From positions 278 through 64,277 of the forward strand of contig CAXMQQ010000005.1 of NCBI GenBank assembly GCA_964195545.1: a stretch of 64,000 bases of DNA, given 5' to 3'. Numbering within the stretch: position 1 is the stretch's first letter; the number at the start of each line of letters is the position of its first letter. Origin of the DNA: an uncultured Acidimicrobiia bacterium (GTDB lineage Bacteria > Actinomycetota > Acidimicrobiia > Spongiisociales > UBA5794). The notes under the pieces were generated by a model that saw only the letters and a list, made by a program, of their open reading frames with translations, did no database searches and was not told the origin of the DNA. Shown here in pieces: positions 19,875-27,925 of this stretch. A program made the translations under genes and the position numbers.

Positions 19875-20034
19875 CAGGGTCTCTCCTCGTTGAGTGCGAT
19901 CCGGCATCGACGCCGGTCCTCGGTCATTTGACGGTCGAACGGCCACAGCGGGTTCCCTCATGGAGATGGCCTGGCGGTGCGGTGCCGCGGGAAGAGACGA
20001 CCCATATTGCTGGGGACTGCCCTACCGTCGCGCC

Positions 20035-20607
20035 ATGGAACGACCTATCGTCGCTGTTCTGGCGGGCGGAGATAGCACCCGGATGGGGTCCGACAAGGCA
20101 GCGATCCCATTCGCGTCGTCAACAATGCTCGAAACCGTCCTGAACTCCGTCTCCTCCGTCGGCGATCCGGTCGTCGTCGGGAGAACGAAGGCTCCGCACG
20201 GTGTTCTGGCAATCCCGGACCGGAGAACAGACTCGAAGGGACCGCTCACCGGCCTCGAAACAATTCTCCAGCACGAACCTGGGCGAACAGTCGTGCTCAT
20301 TGCCGTCGACCATCCGTTCGTTCGACCCCAGACGCTCCGCTCCATGTTGGCCCTTGAGGGAGACGCGGTAATTCCCCTCGACGATGCGTGGCAGCAGGTC
20401 ACATGTGCGGTCTATCGACCGCCACTCCTGGACGCCGTCTCCGAGACCCTCGACAACGGGTGTCGATCGATCATCACCGCCCTCGGTTTGGTCAACGTGA
20501 ACCTGGTCCCCGAGGACACCTGGCGTTCATGGGGTGAGGACGGCCGATCGTGGTTCGGCGTCGATACACCCGAACGGCTCGACGAAGGACTCCGCCGGTT
20601 CGGCTGA
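20035..20607 (+). CDS. MobA-like NTP transferase (molybdenum cofactor guanylyltransferase-like)
   Basis: IVAVLAGGDSTRMGSDKAAIPF N-terminal signature. Start re-set to ATG 20035. Confidence 0.7.
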   Translation: MERPIVAVLAGGDSTRMGSDKAAIPFASSTMLETVLNSVSSVGDPVVVGRTKAPHGVLAIPDRRTDSKGPLTGLETILQHEPGRTVVLIAVDHPFVRPQTLRSMLALEGDAVIPLDDAWQQVTCAVYRPPLLDAVSETLDNGCRSIITALGLVNVNLVPEDTWRSWGEDGRSWFGVDTPERLDEGLRRFG

Positions 20608-20629
20608 GCCCACTCGCTACGCTCTCGTC

Positions 20630-21610
20630 ATGGATTCCACGTCACCCGTCACCGTCGAACGCCGCGGCCACATTGCCGTCGTGTGGCTCGACCGCCCGGA
20701 CCATCGCAACGCATTCGCCCCTCCGTTCTGGACTTCATTCCCGACCGTCATAGAGGAGATGGGGGAAGATCCCGAGATTCGGGCCATCGTTGTGGCAGCA
20801 AAGGGACCGGCGTTCACGGTGGGACTCGACCTGAAGGCATTCGGTCCCGCCATGGTCACAGGAAGCCTTGACCCGGCGGTACCGGCACCTGCCTCACCGG
20901 TCGCTCAACGCGTCCAGACACGGCGTCTCGTCAAGACGATGCAACGGACCTTCTCCTCGCTGGCCGAGTGCCCGAAGCCGGTGATCGCAGCGATCCACGG
21001 GTACTGCATCGGTGCGGGCGTCGACCTGATCACGGCTTGCGATATTCGCTATGCCGCCGCCGACACCACATTCTCGATCCGGGAAACCCGACTTGCCATG
21101 GTGGCAGACGTGGGAACGCTCCAACGTCTCCCAAGGATCATCGACCCGGGTAGCGTCGCCGAACTCGCCTACACAGGACGAGACTTCGACGCCGCCGAAG
21201 CCGCATCAAACGGCCTCGTCACCCGCATCCTCCCCGATGCCAACGCTGCGGTTGCCGCGGCGATCGAAACTGCCGACGCGATCGCAGCGAACTCGCCGCT
21301 GGCCGTGCAGGGAACAAAGGCCGTTCTCCGAGCAGGCGACGGCCGGACGGTCGATGAAGCCCTCGACTACGTGGCCCTCTGGAACGCCGCTTTCCTCCAA
21401 TCGAACGATCTCGGAGAGGCGATGGCGTCGTACGTGGAGCGGAGAACTCCAGAATTTCGCGGGGGGAAGTTCCACATCGTCTGGGGTAATCACTACTCAG
21501 TACTCACTACTCAGTACGAATCCGACGGCGGAGCCGTCGGATTCAGGCATAATGGGTCCATGTTCGGGACTCCTCTCACCGATCGCGGTCACCTCTTCGC
21601 TGCTCCGTAG
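20630..21610 (+). CDS. enoyl-CoA hydratase/isomerase family protein with an atypical ~50-aa C-terminal tail
   Basis: Crotonase fold motifs (VVWLDRPDHRNAF, AAIHGYCIGAGVDL). The conserved end ...ERRTPEFRGG is followed by read-through to the stop at 21608..21610. Confidence 0.85.
   Translation: MDSTSPVTVERRGHIAVVWLDRPDHRNAFAPPFWTSFPTVIEEMGEDPEIRAIVVAAKGPAFTVGLDLKAFGPAMVTGSLDPAVPAPASPVAQRVQTRRLVKTMQRTFSSLAECPKPVIAAIHGYCIGAGVDLITACDIRYAAADTTFSIRETRLAMVADVGTLQRLPRIIDPGSVAELAYTGRDFDAAEAASNGLVTRILPDANAAVAAAIETADAIAANSPLAVQGTKAVLRAGDGRTVDEALDYVALWNAAFLQSNDLGEAMASYVERRTPEFRGGKFHIVWGNHYSVLTTQYESDGGAVGFRHNGSMFGTPLTDRGHLFAAP
21494..21517. repeat. heptanucleotide array TACTCAG TACTCAC TACTCAG TAC
   Basis: Read directly. 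Lies inside the 3' tail of the enoyl-CoA hydratase ORF. Confidence 0.8.
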
Positions 21611-21661
21611 CATCGATCGGATCAAGATCGTCTCCGCTCACCCCGAACTAGGAGGAAGACC

Positions 21662-22930
21662 GTGACCACCCTCTCCGACCGACTCAACACCCTCATCGCC
21701 CCTGTCATCGCGTACGACTCGCAAATCGACATCGTCGACGGCCAGGGTTCGTGGGTTACCGACATCGACGGCAAGCAGTACCTCGACTTCGCCTGTGGCA
21801 TCGCAGTCACCAACCTCGGCCACCGTCCCCCGGCCCTCGAGGCCGCGGCGCATGAGCAACTCTCCCATCTCTGGCACGCCGGTGGGTCGTTCCTGTTCGA
21901 GTCGCGGGCCGACGCTGCCGAGAAGATCATCGACGTGGCGCCAGACAGTATCGAGCAGATCTTCTTCATGAACTCCGGCGCCGAAGCCGTTGAGGCTTCC
22001 GTGAAGTTGGCCAAGAAGACTTCGGGTCGCCAGGGTGTCGTCGTCTTTCGCGGTGGCTTCCACGGCCGGACGATGGGATCGGTCTCGTTCACGACGTCTC
22101 GAGCGAAGTATCGGAAGGGCTACCACCCGATCGTCCCCTCCGTGTTCGTCACCCCGTTCCCCCACCCTTACCGTTGGGGAATGTCACAGGAGGACGCGAA
22201 CGCCTACGCCCTCAACGAACTGCGTCTCATCTTCAAGCATGAGGTGGTGCCGGAGGAGATCGCAGCATTCCTCTTCGAGCCGCTCCAGGGCGAAGGAGGC
22301 TATTACCCCGCCAGCTTCGAGTTCATGCAAGCCATTCGGGATTTGGCCGATGAGCACGGCATCCTCATGATCGTCGATGAAGTCCAGTCCGGGTTCGGCC
22401 GGACAGGGGAGTTCTTCACCAGCCAGGTCTACGGGATCGATCCCGACATCCTCGTGATGGGGAAGGCGATCGCGAACGGCTTGCCGCTTTCTGCCGTTGG
22501 GGCTTCAAGGGAGACCTTCGCAAAGTGGGAGCCGGGATCTCACGGTACGACGTTCGGCGGGAATCCCGTTTCGTGCGCGGCGGCCGCGGCGGGTGTTGAC
22601 GAGTTGAAGAAGGTCATTCCCGGTGTTGCCGACCGTTCGGACTTGGCGTTCACCCGGTTCGGCGATCTGCTCGAGAAGCACCGCACAATCGGTGACGTTC
22701 GGGGTCTCGGACTCATGATCGGCGTCGAACTGGTCAAGCAAGACCGGGAGCCCGATTCAGACGCATTCGGGGTGATTTCGAGTGAGGCACAGAAGAACGG
22801 TTTGTTCATCCTCAGCTGTGGCCCCGACAACAACGTGATCCGTTTCGTCCCGCCGCTCAATGTGTCGCTCGAAGATCTCGAGACCGGCATCGACATCCTC
22901 GATCAAGCGATCGCGACCTACGAGAACTGA
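21662..22930 (+). CDS. class III aminotransferase (4-aminobutyrate / acetylornithine aminotransferase-like)
   Basis: 422 aa with FMNSGAEAVE, DEVQSGFGRTG and a PLP-Lys region (VMGKAIANG). GTG start after AGGAGG. Confidence 0.9.
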   Translation: MTTLSDRLNTLIAPVIAYDSQIDIVDGQGSWVTDIDGKQYLDFACGIAVTNLGHRPPALEAAAHEQLSHLWHAGGSFLFESRADAAEKIIDVAPDSIEQIFFMNSGAEAVEASVKLAKKTSGRQGVVVFRGGFHGRTMGSVSFTTSRAKYRKGYHPIVPSVFVTPFPHPYRWGMSQEDANAYALNELRLIFKHEVVPEEIAAFLFEPLQGEGGYYPASFEFMQAIRDLADEHGILMIVDEVQSGFGRTGEFFTSQVYGIDPDILVMGKAIANGLPLSAVGASRETFAKWEPGSHGTTFGGNPVSCAAAAAGVDELKKVIPGVADRSDLAFTRFGDLLEKHRTIGDVRGLGLMIGVELVKQDREPDSDAFGVISSEAQKNGLFILSCGPDNNVIRFVPPLNVSLEDLETGIDILDQAIATYEN

Positions 22931-22953
22931 TTTCGGGCAGCCTAGAACGTGCA

Positions 22954-22982
22954 GAAGGCGGCGCCCGATGGGCACCGCCTTC
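22954..22982. terminator. bidirectional hairpin GAAGGCGG...CCGCCTTC
   Basis: Perfect 8-bp outer stem plus an inner GCCC/GGGC pairing, between convergent genes. Confidence 0.6.
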
Positions 22983-22986
22983 TCAC

Positions 22987-23021
22987 TCAATACTCGAGTC
23001 TCAGTACTCAATACTGAGCAT
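22987..23021. repeat. degenerate heptad array (tcaatac tcgagtc tcagtac tcaatac tgagcat) with embedded hairpins
   Basis: 7-nt phasing read directly. CTCAGTA-ctcaa-TACTGAG hairpin at 23000..23018. CTGAGC-atcg-GCTCAG hairpin at 23014..23029. Confidence 0.7.
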
Positions 23022-23025
23022 CGGC

Positions 23026-23214
23026 TCAGTTCTGCGTCAGAACACCGCGGAGGCGCGGATACTTGACGGGCTTGTGCGTGTGGCAGAACTCTGCACGGTT
23101 GTAGCGAGAGAGAACGGTCTCACAATCGTCGGAACCGCAGACGCGGCCTTCGTCATACGTCTTGGGGCGACGGGATCTGCCCTGGGGGCGAGACGCTTTC
23201 ATAATATCTGACAT
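23026..23214 (-). CDS. small Cys/His-containing protein (62 aa), possible zinc-binding, function unknown
   Basis: MSDIMKASRPQGRSRRPKTYDEGRVCGSDDCETVLSRYNRAEFCHTHKP. GGAGG RBS before ATG 23214. The track start at 23331 adds an Arg/Ser-rich extension. Confidence 0.5.
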   Translation of the reverse strand: MSDIMKASRPQGRSRRPKTYDEGRVCGSDDCETVLSRYNRAEFCHTHKPVKYPRLRGVLTQN

Positions 23215-23302
23215 GGATGACCTCCGAGGAGAGCGATGTTGGCTCTGCCGACTAGTCGATGGTGAACGACGCCGACGGGAAGAACCGGGATTTGTTGGCC
23301 CT

Positions 23303-23343
23303 ATCCTATTTGCACTATCCCAACATTGCAAAACTATTTTGCA
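23303..23343 (-). promoter_or_regulatory. putative promoter (-35 TTGCAA, 17-nt spacer, -10 TAGGAT) overlapped by palindrome TGCAAAA-n3-TTTTGCA
   Basis: Hexamers read on the minus strand at 23331..23326 and 23308..23303. Perfect 7-bp inverted repeat at 23327..23343. Confidence 0.35.
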
Positions 23344-23352
23344 GTCGACCGG

Positions 23353-24867
23353 TCAATCCGGCCGATGGCGTCCGGCGAGGGCCCCGAGACCGCCCTCTCC
23401 CGGCCAGAGTAGGGCGCCGATCAGACCGAGAATCGCCAGCACGGTCGCCCAGTTGGGGAACCGTGTGAAGACGGTGGGTCCTGCGCTGCGCATTGCAACG
23501 TCGCCGTAGAGCACGCCCTCGGTGAACACCTCGGTGGTTTCCCCGACTTCGCCGGCCGCTGTGACGAAGGTCGATTTCCCCGTGATGGCTGCATGGACGA
23601 GATCCTGGCCGATGGCCGCAGCGTTCACTTTCGTCATGTCGATCAATTGATCAGAGGTGGCTGTTTCACCGAAGGAGCTCTCATTCGTGGCAACGACCAT
23701 GAGTTGCGAGCCGGCATCGGCGATCGAGTGGATCGATCGGGGGAAGGCACCTTCGAATGAGATCACCGAACCCAACTGCCATTGCGCCAACTCCCCGTCG
23801 GTCGAGAGCGTCATCGGGAAGACAACGGGTTCGGTACCGCGAACCATGTCCCTCGGCACCTGGTCGAGTTGGGGGATGAAGCCCAGCATCGAGCGCAGTG
23901 GAACGTACTCACCGAACGGAACCGGGTGTTGCTTGACATACTCGCCGATCTTGACGCCCTCCGGCGAGTAGAACATGTTGACGTTGAGAAAACCGTCGGG
24001 TTCGACAGTTCGGGTTCCCGACACCAGGAAGTAGGTGCCGATTCTTCCCGCTTGAGCGATGATGGCTGCCCTCACGGCATCGTTGCTCTCAGGGTCGAAC
24101 GGAGTCCCCGTCGAGTTCTCTGCCCAGACGACCAGGTCCGCCCCACCGTCCGGGATCGTTTCCGTCCACTCCAGGTGGGATTCGAAGATGCGCTGGTTCT
24201 CGTTCTGACAGTGGGTCATGGGGCAGGGTGACCCACCCTGCACGATCGCAACACGAAGCGGTTGCCCATCCGCTCTCGGCGGGAACAGCATCCCTGCCAC
24301 ACCGAGCAACACGATCACGACCGATACGTCGACAAACTGCCTCCAGTTGTCCCGCGACTCCACGAGGAGTGCGACTGCCGCCGCAAACGCGACCGCGAGC
24401 ACCGTCCAACCCGCCGGGCCGATCCATTGAACGGTGCCAAGGAAGGGTGGCATCCCGGCCGCCGCGTAGCCGATGTTCCCCCAGGGGAACCCGCCGAACG
24501 GGAATCGGGCGCGGACGAACTCGATCACCGTCCACGCCCCGACGACGATGAGCCACCATCGCCATGCGGGCCACAGACGGAAGAGCCAAACGACGAAGGC
24601 GTAGGCCGCGAAGTAGGTCGCCATCAAGAGAACGAGAGGTACCCATGCGATGAAGCCCAGAACGGTAATCCAGAAGAGCAGCGTTCCGAAGAAGACCGTT
24701 CCCCATAGGAAGCCGATCGTGACCGCTTCGAACCCTTGCTCGACACGGCGCAACGCCCAGAACAGGGGAATCGGCGCGACGAACGCAAGCGGCCCGATGT
24801 CGAGCGGCGGGAACGCCGCCCACATGAGCAGAGCGCTGGCCAGCGCGGCGAGATAGGGAAGGAGCAT
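23353..24867 (-). CDS. lnt: apolipoprotein N-acyltransferase
   Basis: 504 aa. N-terminal multi-TM region followed by a nitrilase/CN-hydrolase-like domain (VWAENS, ISFE). Confidence 0.88.
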   Translation of the reverse strand: MLLPYLAALASALLMWAAFPPLDIGPLAFVAPIPLFWALRRVEQGFEAVTIGFLWGTVFFGTLLFWITVLGFIAWVPLVLLMATYFAAYAFVVWLFRLWPAWRWWLIVVGAWTVIEFVRARFPFGGFPWGNIGYAAAGMPPFLGTVQWIGPAGWTVLAVAFAAAVALLVESRDNWRQFVDVSVVIVLLGVAGMLFPPRADGQPLRVAIVQGGSPCPMTHCQNENQRIFESHLEWTETIPDGGADLVVWAENSTGTPFDPESNDAVRAAIIAQAGRIGTYFLVSGTRTVEPDGFLNVNMFYSPEGVKIGEYVKQHPVPFGEYVPLRSMLGFIPQLDQVPRDMVRGTEPVVFPMTLSTDGELAQWQLGSVISFEGAFPRSIHSIADAGSQLMVVATNESSFGETATSDQLIDMTKVNAAAIGQDLVHAAITGKSTFVTAAGEVGETTEVFTEGVLYGDVAMRSAGPTVFTRFPNWATVLAILGLIGALLWPGEGGLGALAGRHRPD

Positions 24868-24880
24868 GGCCAGGGAAGGG

Positions 24881-24901
24881 TACTGAGTACTGAGTACTCA
24901 G
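24881..24901. repeat. heptanucleotide array TACTGAG TACTGAG TACTCAG, with 12-bp palindrome CTGAGTACTCAG at 24890..24901
   Basis: Read directly in the divergent lnt / inositol monophosphatase intergenic region. Confidence 0.8.
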
Positions 24902-24927
24902 TGCCGCCGCAACCGTAGGCTGGCGGC

Positions 24928-25713
24928 ATGGACGATCTTCAACTAGCGATTGACGCCGCGCGGGCCGGCGGGGCGATTGTTCTCGAGGGATTCGATCGTG
25001 GCGTGACAGCGCACTACAAGCGACGCTTCGACCCGGTGACGGAGATCGATCACGCTTCTGAGGCTGCAGTGCTGGCGATCATCTCGGAGCATCGACCGGA
25101 TGACGCGATCCTGGCTGAGGAGCGGGGAGGCACGATTCCCGGAGGTCGCCGCTGGATCGTCGATCCCCTCGACGGAACCGTGAACTTCGTGCACGGCATC
25201 CCTCAGATCGCCGTCAGCGTCGGGTTGTGGGAGGACGACAAACCGCTCGCCGCTGTCATCTACGACCCGCTTCGTGACGAGTGCTTCTCCGCCGCCGCCG
25301 GCCAAGGTGCGTTTCTCAACGGACGCCGAATCAACGTGTCCCAAACCGACGACCTTGAGCGATCCGTAACCGCGACCGGTTTCCCGTACGACCACGGGGA
25401 CCACCCGGAGGAGTACGCCGCAGTGCTGGAAGCGGTGCTGGGATCCGTGAACGGCATTCGTCGGTTCGGTTCCGCGGCGCTCGATCTCGCCTGGGTCGCG
25501 GCGGGCCGATATGAGGCCTACTGGGAGCTCGGTCTCGCGCCTTGGGACCAGGCGGCCGGAATCCTCATCGTTCGGGAGGCCGGCGGTCGTGTAACGGACT
25601 TCAGCGGCAAAGATTCTGTGCCGGAGACACCGATGGTGTTGTCCAGCAACGGCTTGGTTCATGATCAGCTCCAGAAGATCCTCGAACCTGCCCTTCCGGA
25701 TCGCCTCAGATGA
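24928..25713 (+). CDS. inositol monophosphatase family protein
   Basis: WIVDPLDGTVNFVHG and AAG...WELGLAPWD motifs. Confidence 0.9.
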   Translation: MDDLQLAIDAARAGGAIVLEGFDRGVTAHYKRRFDPVTEIDHASEAAVLAIISEHRPDDAILAEERGGTIPGGRRWIVDPLDGTVNFVHGIPQIAVSVGLWEDDKPLAAVIYDPLRDECFSAAAGQGAFLNGRRINVSQTDDLERSVTATGFPYDHGDHPEEYAAVLEAVLGSVNGIRRFGSAALDLAWVAAGRYEAYWELGLAPWDQAAGILIVREAGGRVTDFSGKDSVPETPMVLSSNGLVHDQLQKILEPALPDRLR

Positions 25714-27290
25714 CCACCGATCGAAGACTGCTCGTCGCCGATGCTGTGAGGACGGCACGTGGCATCGCCGGCAACGCGATCCTGATCGAAGGGGACCGCG
25801 TCATCGCCGTGGGTGACCGCCGCACTCTCGATGGCCCCGGCGTCACCGTCGAGGAGTATGTCGGCGCCGTTCTGATCCCCGGCCTACGGGACGCGCACAT
25901 GCATCCTGTGACATACGCCGCTTCGCTCTCTGGGACGTCGCTCAACGGCGTCACAAGCATCAACGAGCTTCAAGCGGCGATCAGGGTGGCTGCGGAGAGT
26001 CTCGCACCAGGTGAGCCGTTGGTGGCGCTCCGCTTCGACGACGAGGCACTTGCCGAACAGCGTCTGCCCACCCGTGTCGATCTCGATGCGGCCGTGTCGG
26101 ATCGGCCCGTGCTCGTCCACCGCTACTGCGGTCATGTTGCCATCGCCAATACGGCCGCTCTTCGTCATGCAGGCGTCGACGCCGCCACACAGGATCCCGG
26201 TGGCGGGTCGCTCGACCGTGACGCCGGCGGCCAACCAACCGGTGTTCTGCGAGAGACCGCTATCGACCTCGTCTCGACCCGTCTCGACGCTTCGGGATCG
26301 CTGACCGAGCAATCGCTACTTGACGCGTTGGCCGGCCTCGGCGGCCTCGGGATTACTTCGATCGGCGCCATGCTCGGACTCGGCGACGGGCCATGGGCCA
26401 GCCTCGGGGATGAAGTCGCCGCAATCACTGCCATCGCTGATCGCCTTCCCATCAGCATCCACGGCTTCGTCATCGCTCACAGCGTTGGCGATCTTGAGGC
26501 GGCAGCTCATCTCCTCGAAGAGGCAGGAGATCGGCTCCGTTGGGCGGGCTACAAGGGCTTCGCCGATGGAAGTCTCGGCGGACACACTGCGGCGATGCAC
26601 ACCCCGTTCAGTGATCGTCCAGACGAGTTCGGCACGATGAGACTCGACGATTCAGATCGACTCCTCGCAGAGGCATCGCTCCAGATGGGCGGGATGGTTG
26701 CACTCCACGCGATCGGGGATCGAGCCAACGGGGCGGTCATCGATCTCTATGAGAGTCTCGTAGCGGGAGGTGCATCTCCGCAGCAACTCCGGATCGAACA
26801 CGCTTCCGTGCTTGACCGCGCCGACATCGACCGGATCGCACGTCTCGGTGTGGTCGTATCGGTTCAGCCGGCGTTCCTCGGATCCGAGTTCCGATGGATC
26901 GCTGATCGAGTCGGACCTGATCGGATCGTATCCACCTATCCATTCGCATCCCTTGACCATGCCGGAGTGCCAATGTGTGCCGGATCAGACAGTCCGGTCG
27001 AGTCACCCGATCCGTGGGAAGGGATGGCCTTGGCCAGAGACAGAGCCGGCGTCACGCGAAGCGAGGGCCTCTCGCCCGATCGCGCACTGTCACTCTTCAC
27101 GGATGGAGCAGCGGCCGCGCTCGGCGAACCGCTCCCGCTCTCCCCCGGCAGCCCCGCCGACGTCGTTGCCGTCGACCGGGATCCAGTCGCGAGCGACTCC
27201 GATCGGCTGAGGGGCACCGTCGTCTTCGAGACCTGGGTCCACGGCGAGCGACTCGTGGTGGACAGAGCACGCCCCATCTACAGCGGGTGA
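25710..27290 (+). CDS. amidohydrolase family protein (Amidohydro_3 / YtcJ-like metal-dependent hydrolase)
   Basis: GLRDAHMHP (HxH metal site), LHAIGD, and C-terminal GSDSPV. ATGA overlap with the upstream gene. Confidence 0.85.
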   Translation: MTTDRRLLVADAVRTARGIAGNAILIEGDRVIAVGDRRTLDGPGVTVEEYVGAVLIPGLRDAHMHPVTYAASLSGTSLNGVTSINELQAAIRVAAESLAPGEPLVALRFDDEALAEQRLPTRVDLDAAVSDRPVLVHRYCGHVAIANTAALRHAGVDAATQDPGGGSLDRDAGGQPTGVLRETAIDLVSTRLDASGSLTEQSLLDALAGLGGLGITSIGAMLGLGDGPWASLGDEVAAITAIADRLPISIHGFVIAHSVGDLEAAAHLLEEAGDRLRWAGYKGFADGSLGGHTAAMHTPFSDRPDEFGTMRLDDSDRLLAEASLQMGGMVALHAIGDRANGAVIDLYESLVAGGASPQQLRIEHASVLDRADIDRIARLGVVVSVQPAFLGSEFRWIADRVGPDRIVSTYPFASLDHAGVPMCAGSDSPVESPDPWEGMALARDRAGVTRSEGLSPDRALSLFTDGAAAALGEPLPLSPGSPADVVAVDRDPVASDSDRLRGTVVFETWVHGERLVVDRARPIYSG

Positions 27291-27321
27291 CGGCGAGGGG
27301 ACGCTCCGGCGGTGGGTTGCG

Positions 27322-27522
27322 TCAGTGAACGATGCCGGCGGCATGCTGCCAGCAATCGGTGCAGAGGTAGCCGGCGTCGTGGAAGCGGGCGTCCTGCTCG
27401 AAAACCGTTATATGACACATGCTGCAGGTCCCGGCAACGAAATCGCGAGCGGCGTCCTGGAACGGTCCGTCTGACACGGCAAGATCCGAGACGAGGACGG
27501 TTCTGCTGGTTCCTTGTTTCAC
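27322..27522 (-). CDS. small zinc-ribbon-like protein (66 aa)
   Basis: CSMC ... CTDC (CxxC x n CxxC). GTG start 42 nt downstream of the Rdx gene on the same strand. Confidence 0.4.
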   Translation of the reverse strand: MKQGTSRTVLVSDLAVSDGPFQDAARDFVAGTCSMCHITVFEQDARFHDAGYLCTDCWQHAAGIVH

Positions 27523-27563
27523 TCGCTGAAGGCTATCGGGGAACCAGACTCATCGACTGACCA

Positions 27564-27809
27564 CTAGGTCAGGATGTCCCTCAGGGGCACCGCTATGTCC
27601 TCATACTCGGCGTGGCGACCGGTCTCCGCTTTCGAATAGATAAGACGGTCGTCGAGCATGACCTCAAACCGCCCGCCGCTCGACGGGATCAGGATAAGGC
27701 GGTCAATGATTCGCTCGAACTCGTCGAGCAGCTGATCGGCCGTGCGCACGGCACGGTTCCGATAGCCTCAAACGGCGCAGTATTCAATGCTGAGATTCAT
27801 GACGATCAT
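27564..27809 (-). CDS. Rdx/SelW-like selenoprotein; in-frame TGA at 27770..27768 read as Sec (CxxU)
   Basis: The track ORF 27564..27749 is only the C-terminal part. Extending upstream in frame gives M(IVM)NLSIEYCAV-TGA-GYRNRAVRTADQLL...GGRFEV...IYSK. ATG is at 27809 or 27800. CAVU aligns with the Rdx family CxxC/U redox motif. Confidence 0.8.
27735..27763 (-). other. candidate bacterial SECIS hairpin for the Rdx gene
   Basis: Minus-strand ATCGG-aa-CCGTGC [CGTGC] GCACGG-CCGAT starts 8 nt after the U of UGA. The apical loop lies 21-25 nt downstream. Confidence 0.55.
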
Positions 27810-27925
27810 CGTAGTCGGCATCGCGTACGCTATTGGACCATCATCTCCGGATCATGTGGGTGACCCAGAGTTTGCCGCCGGCGTCGACCCACACGCCCGA
27901 ACCGGCCTCCGTCAACGTCCTGTGA

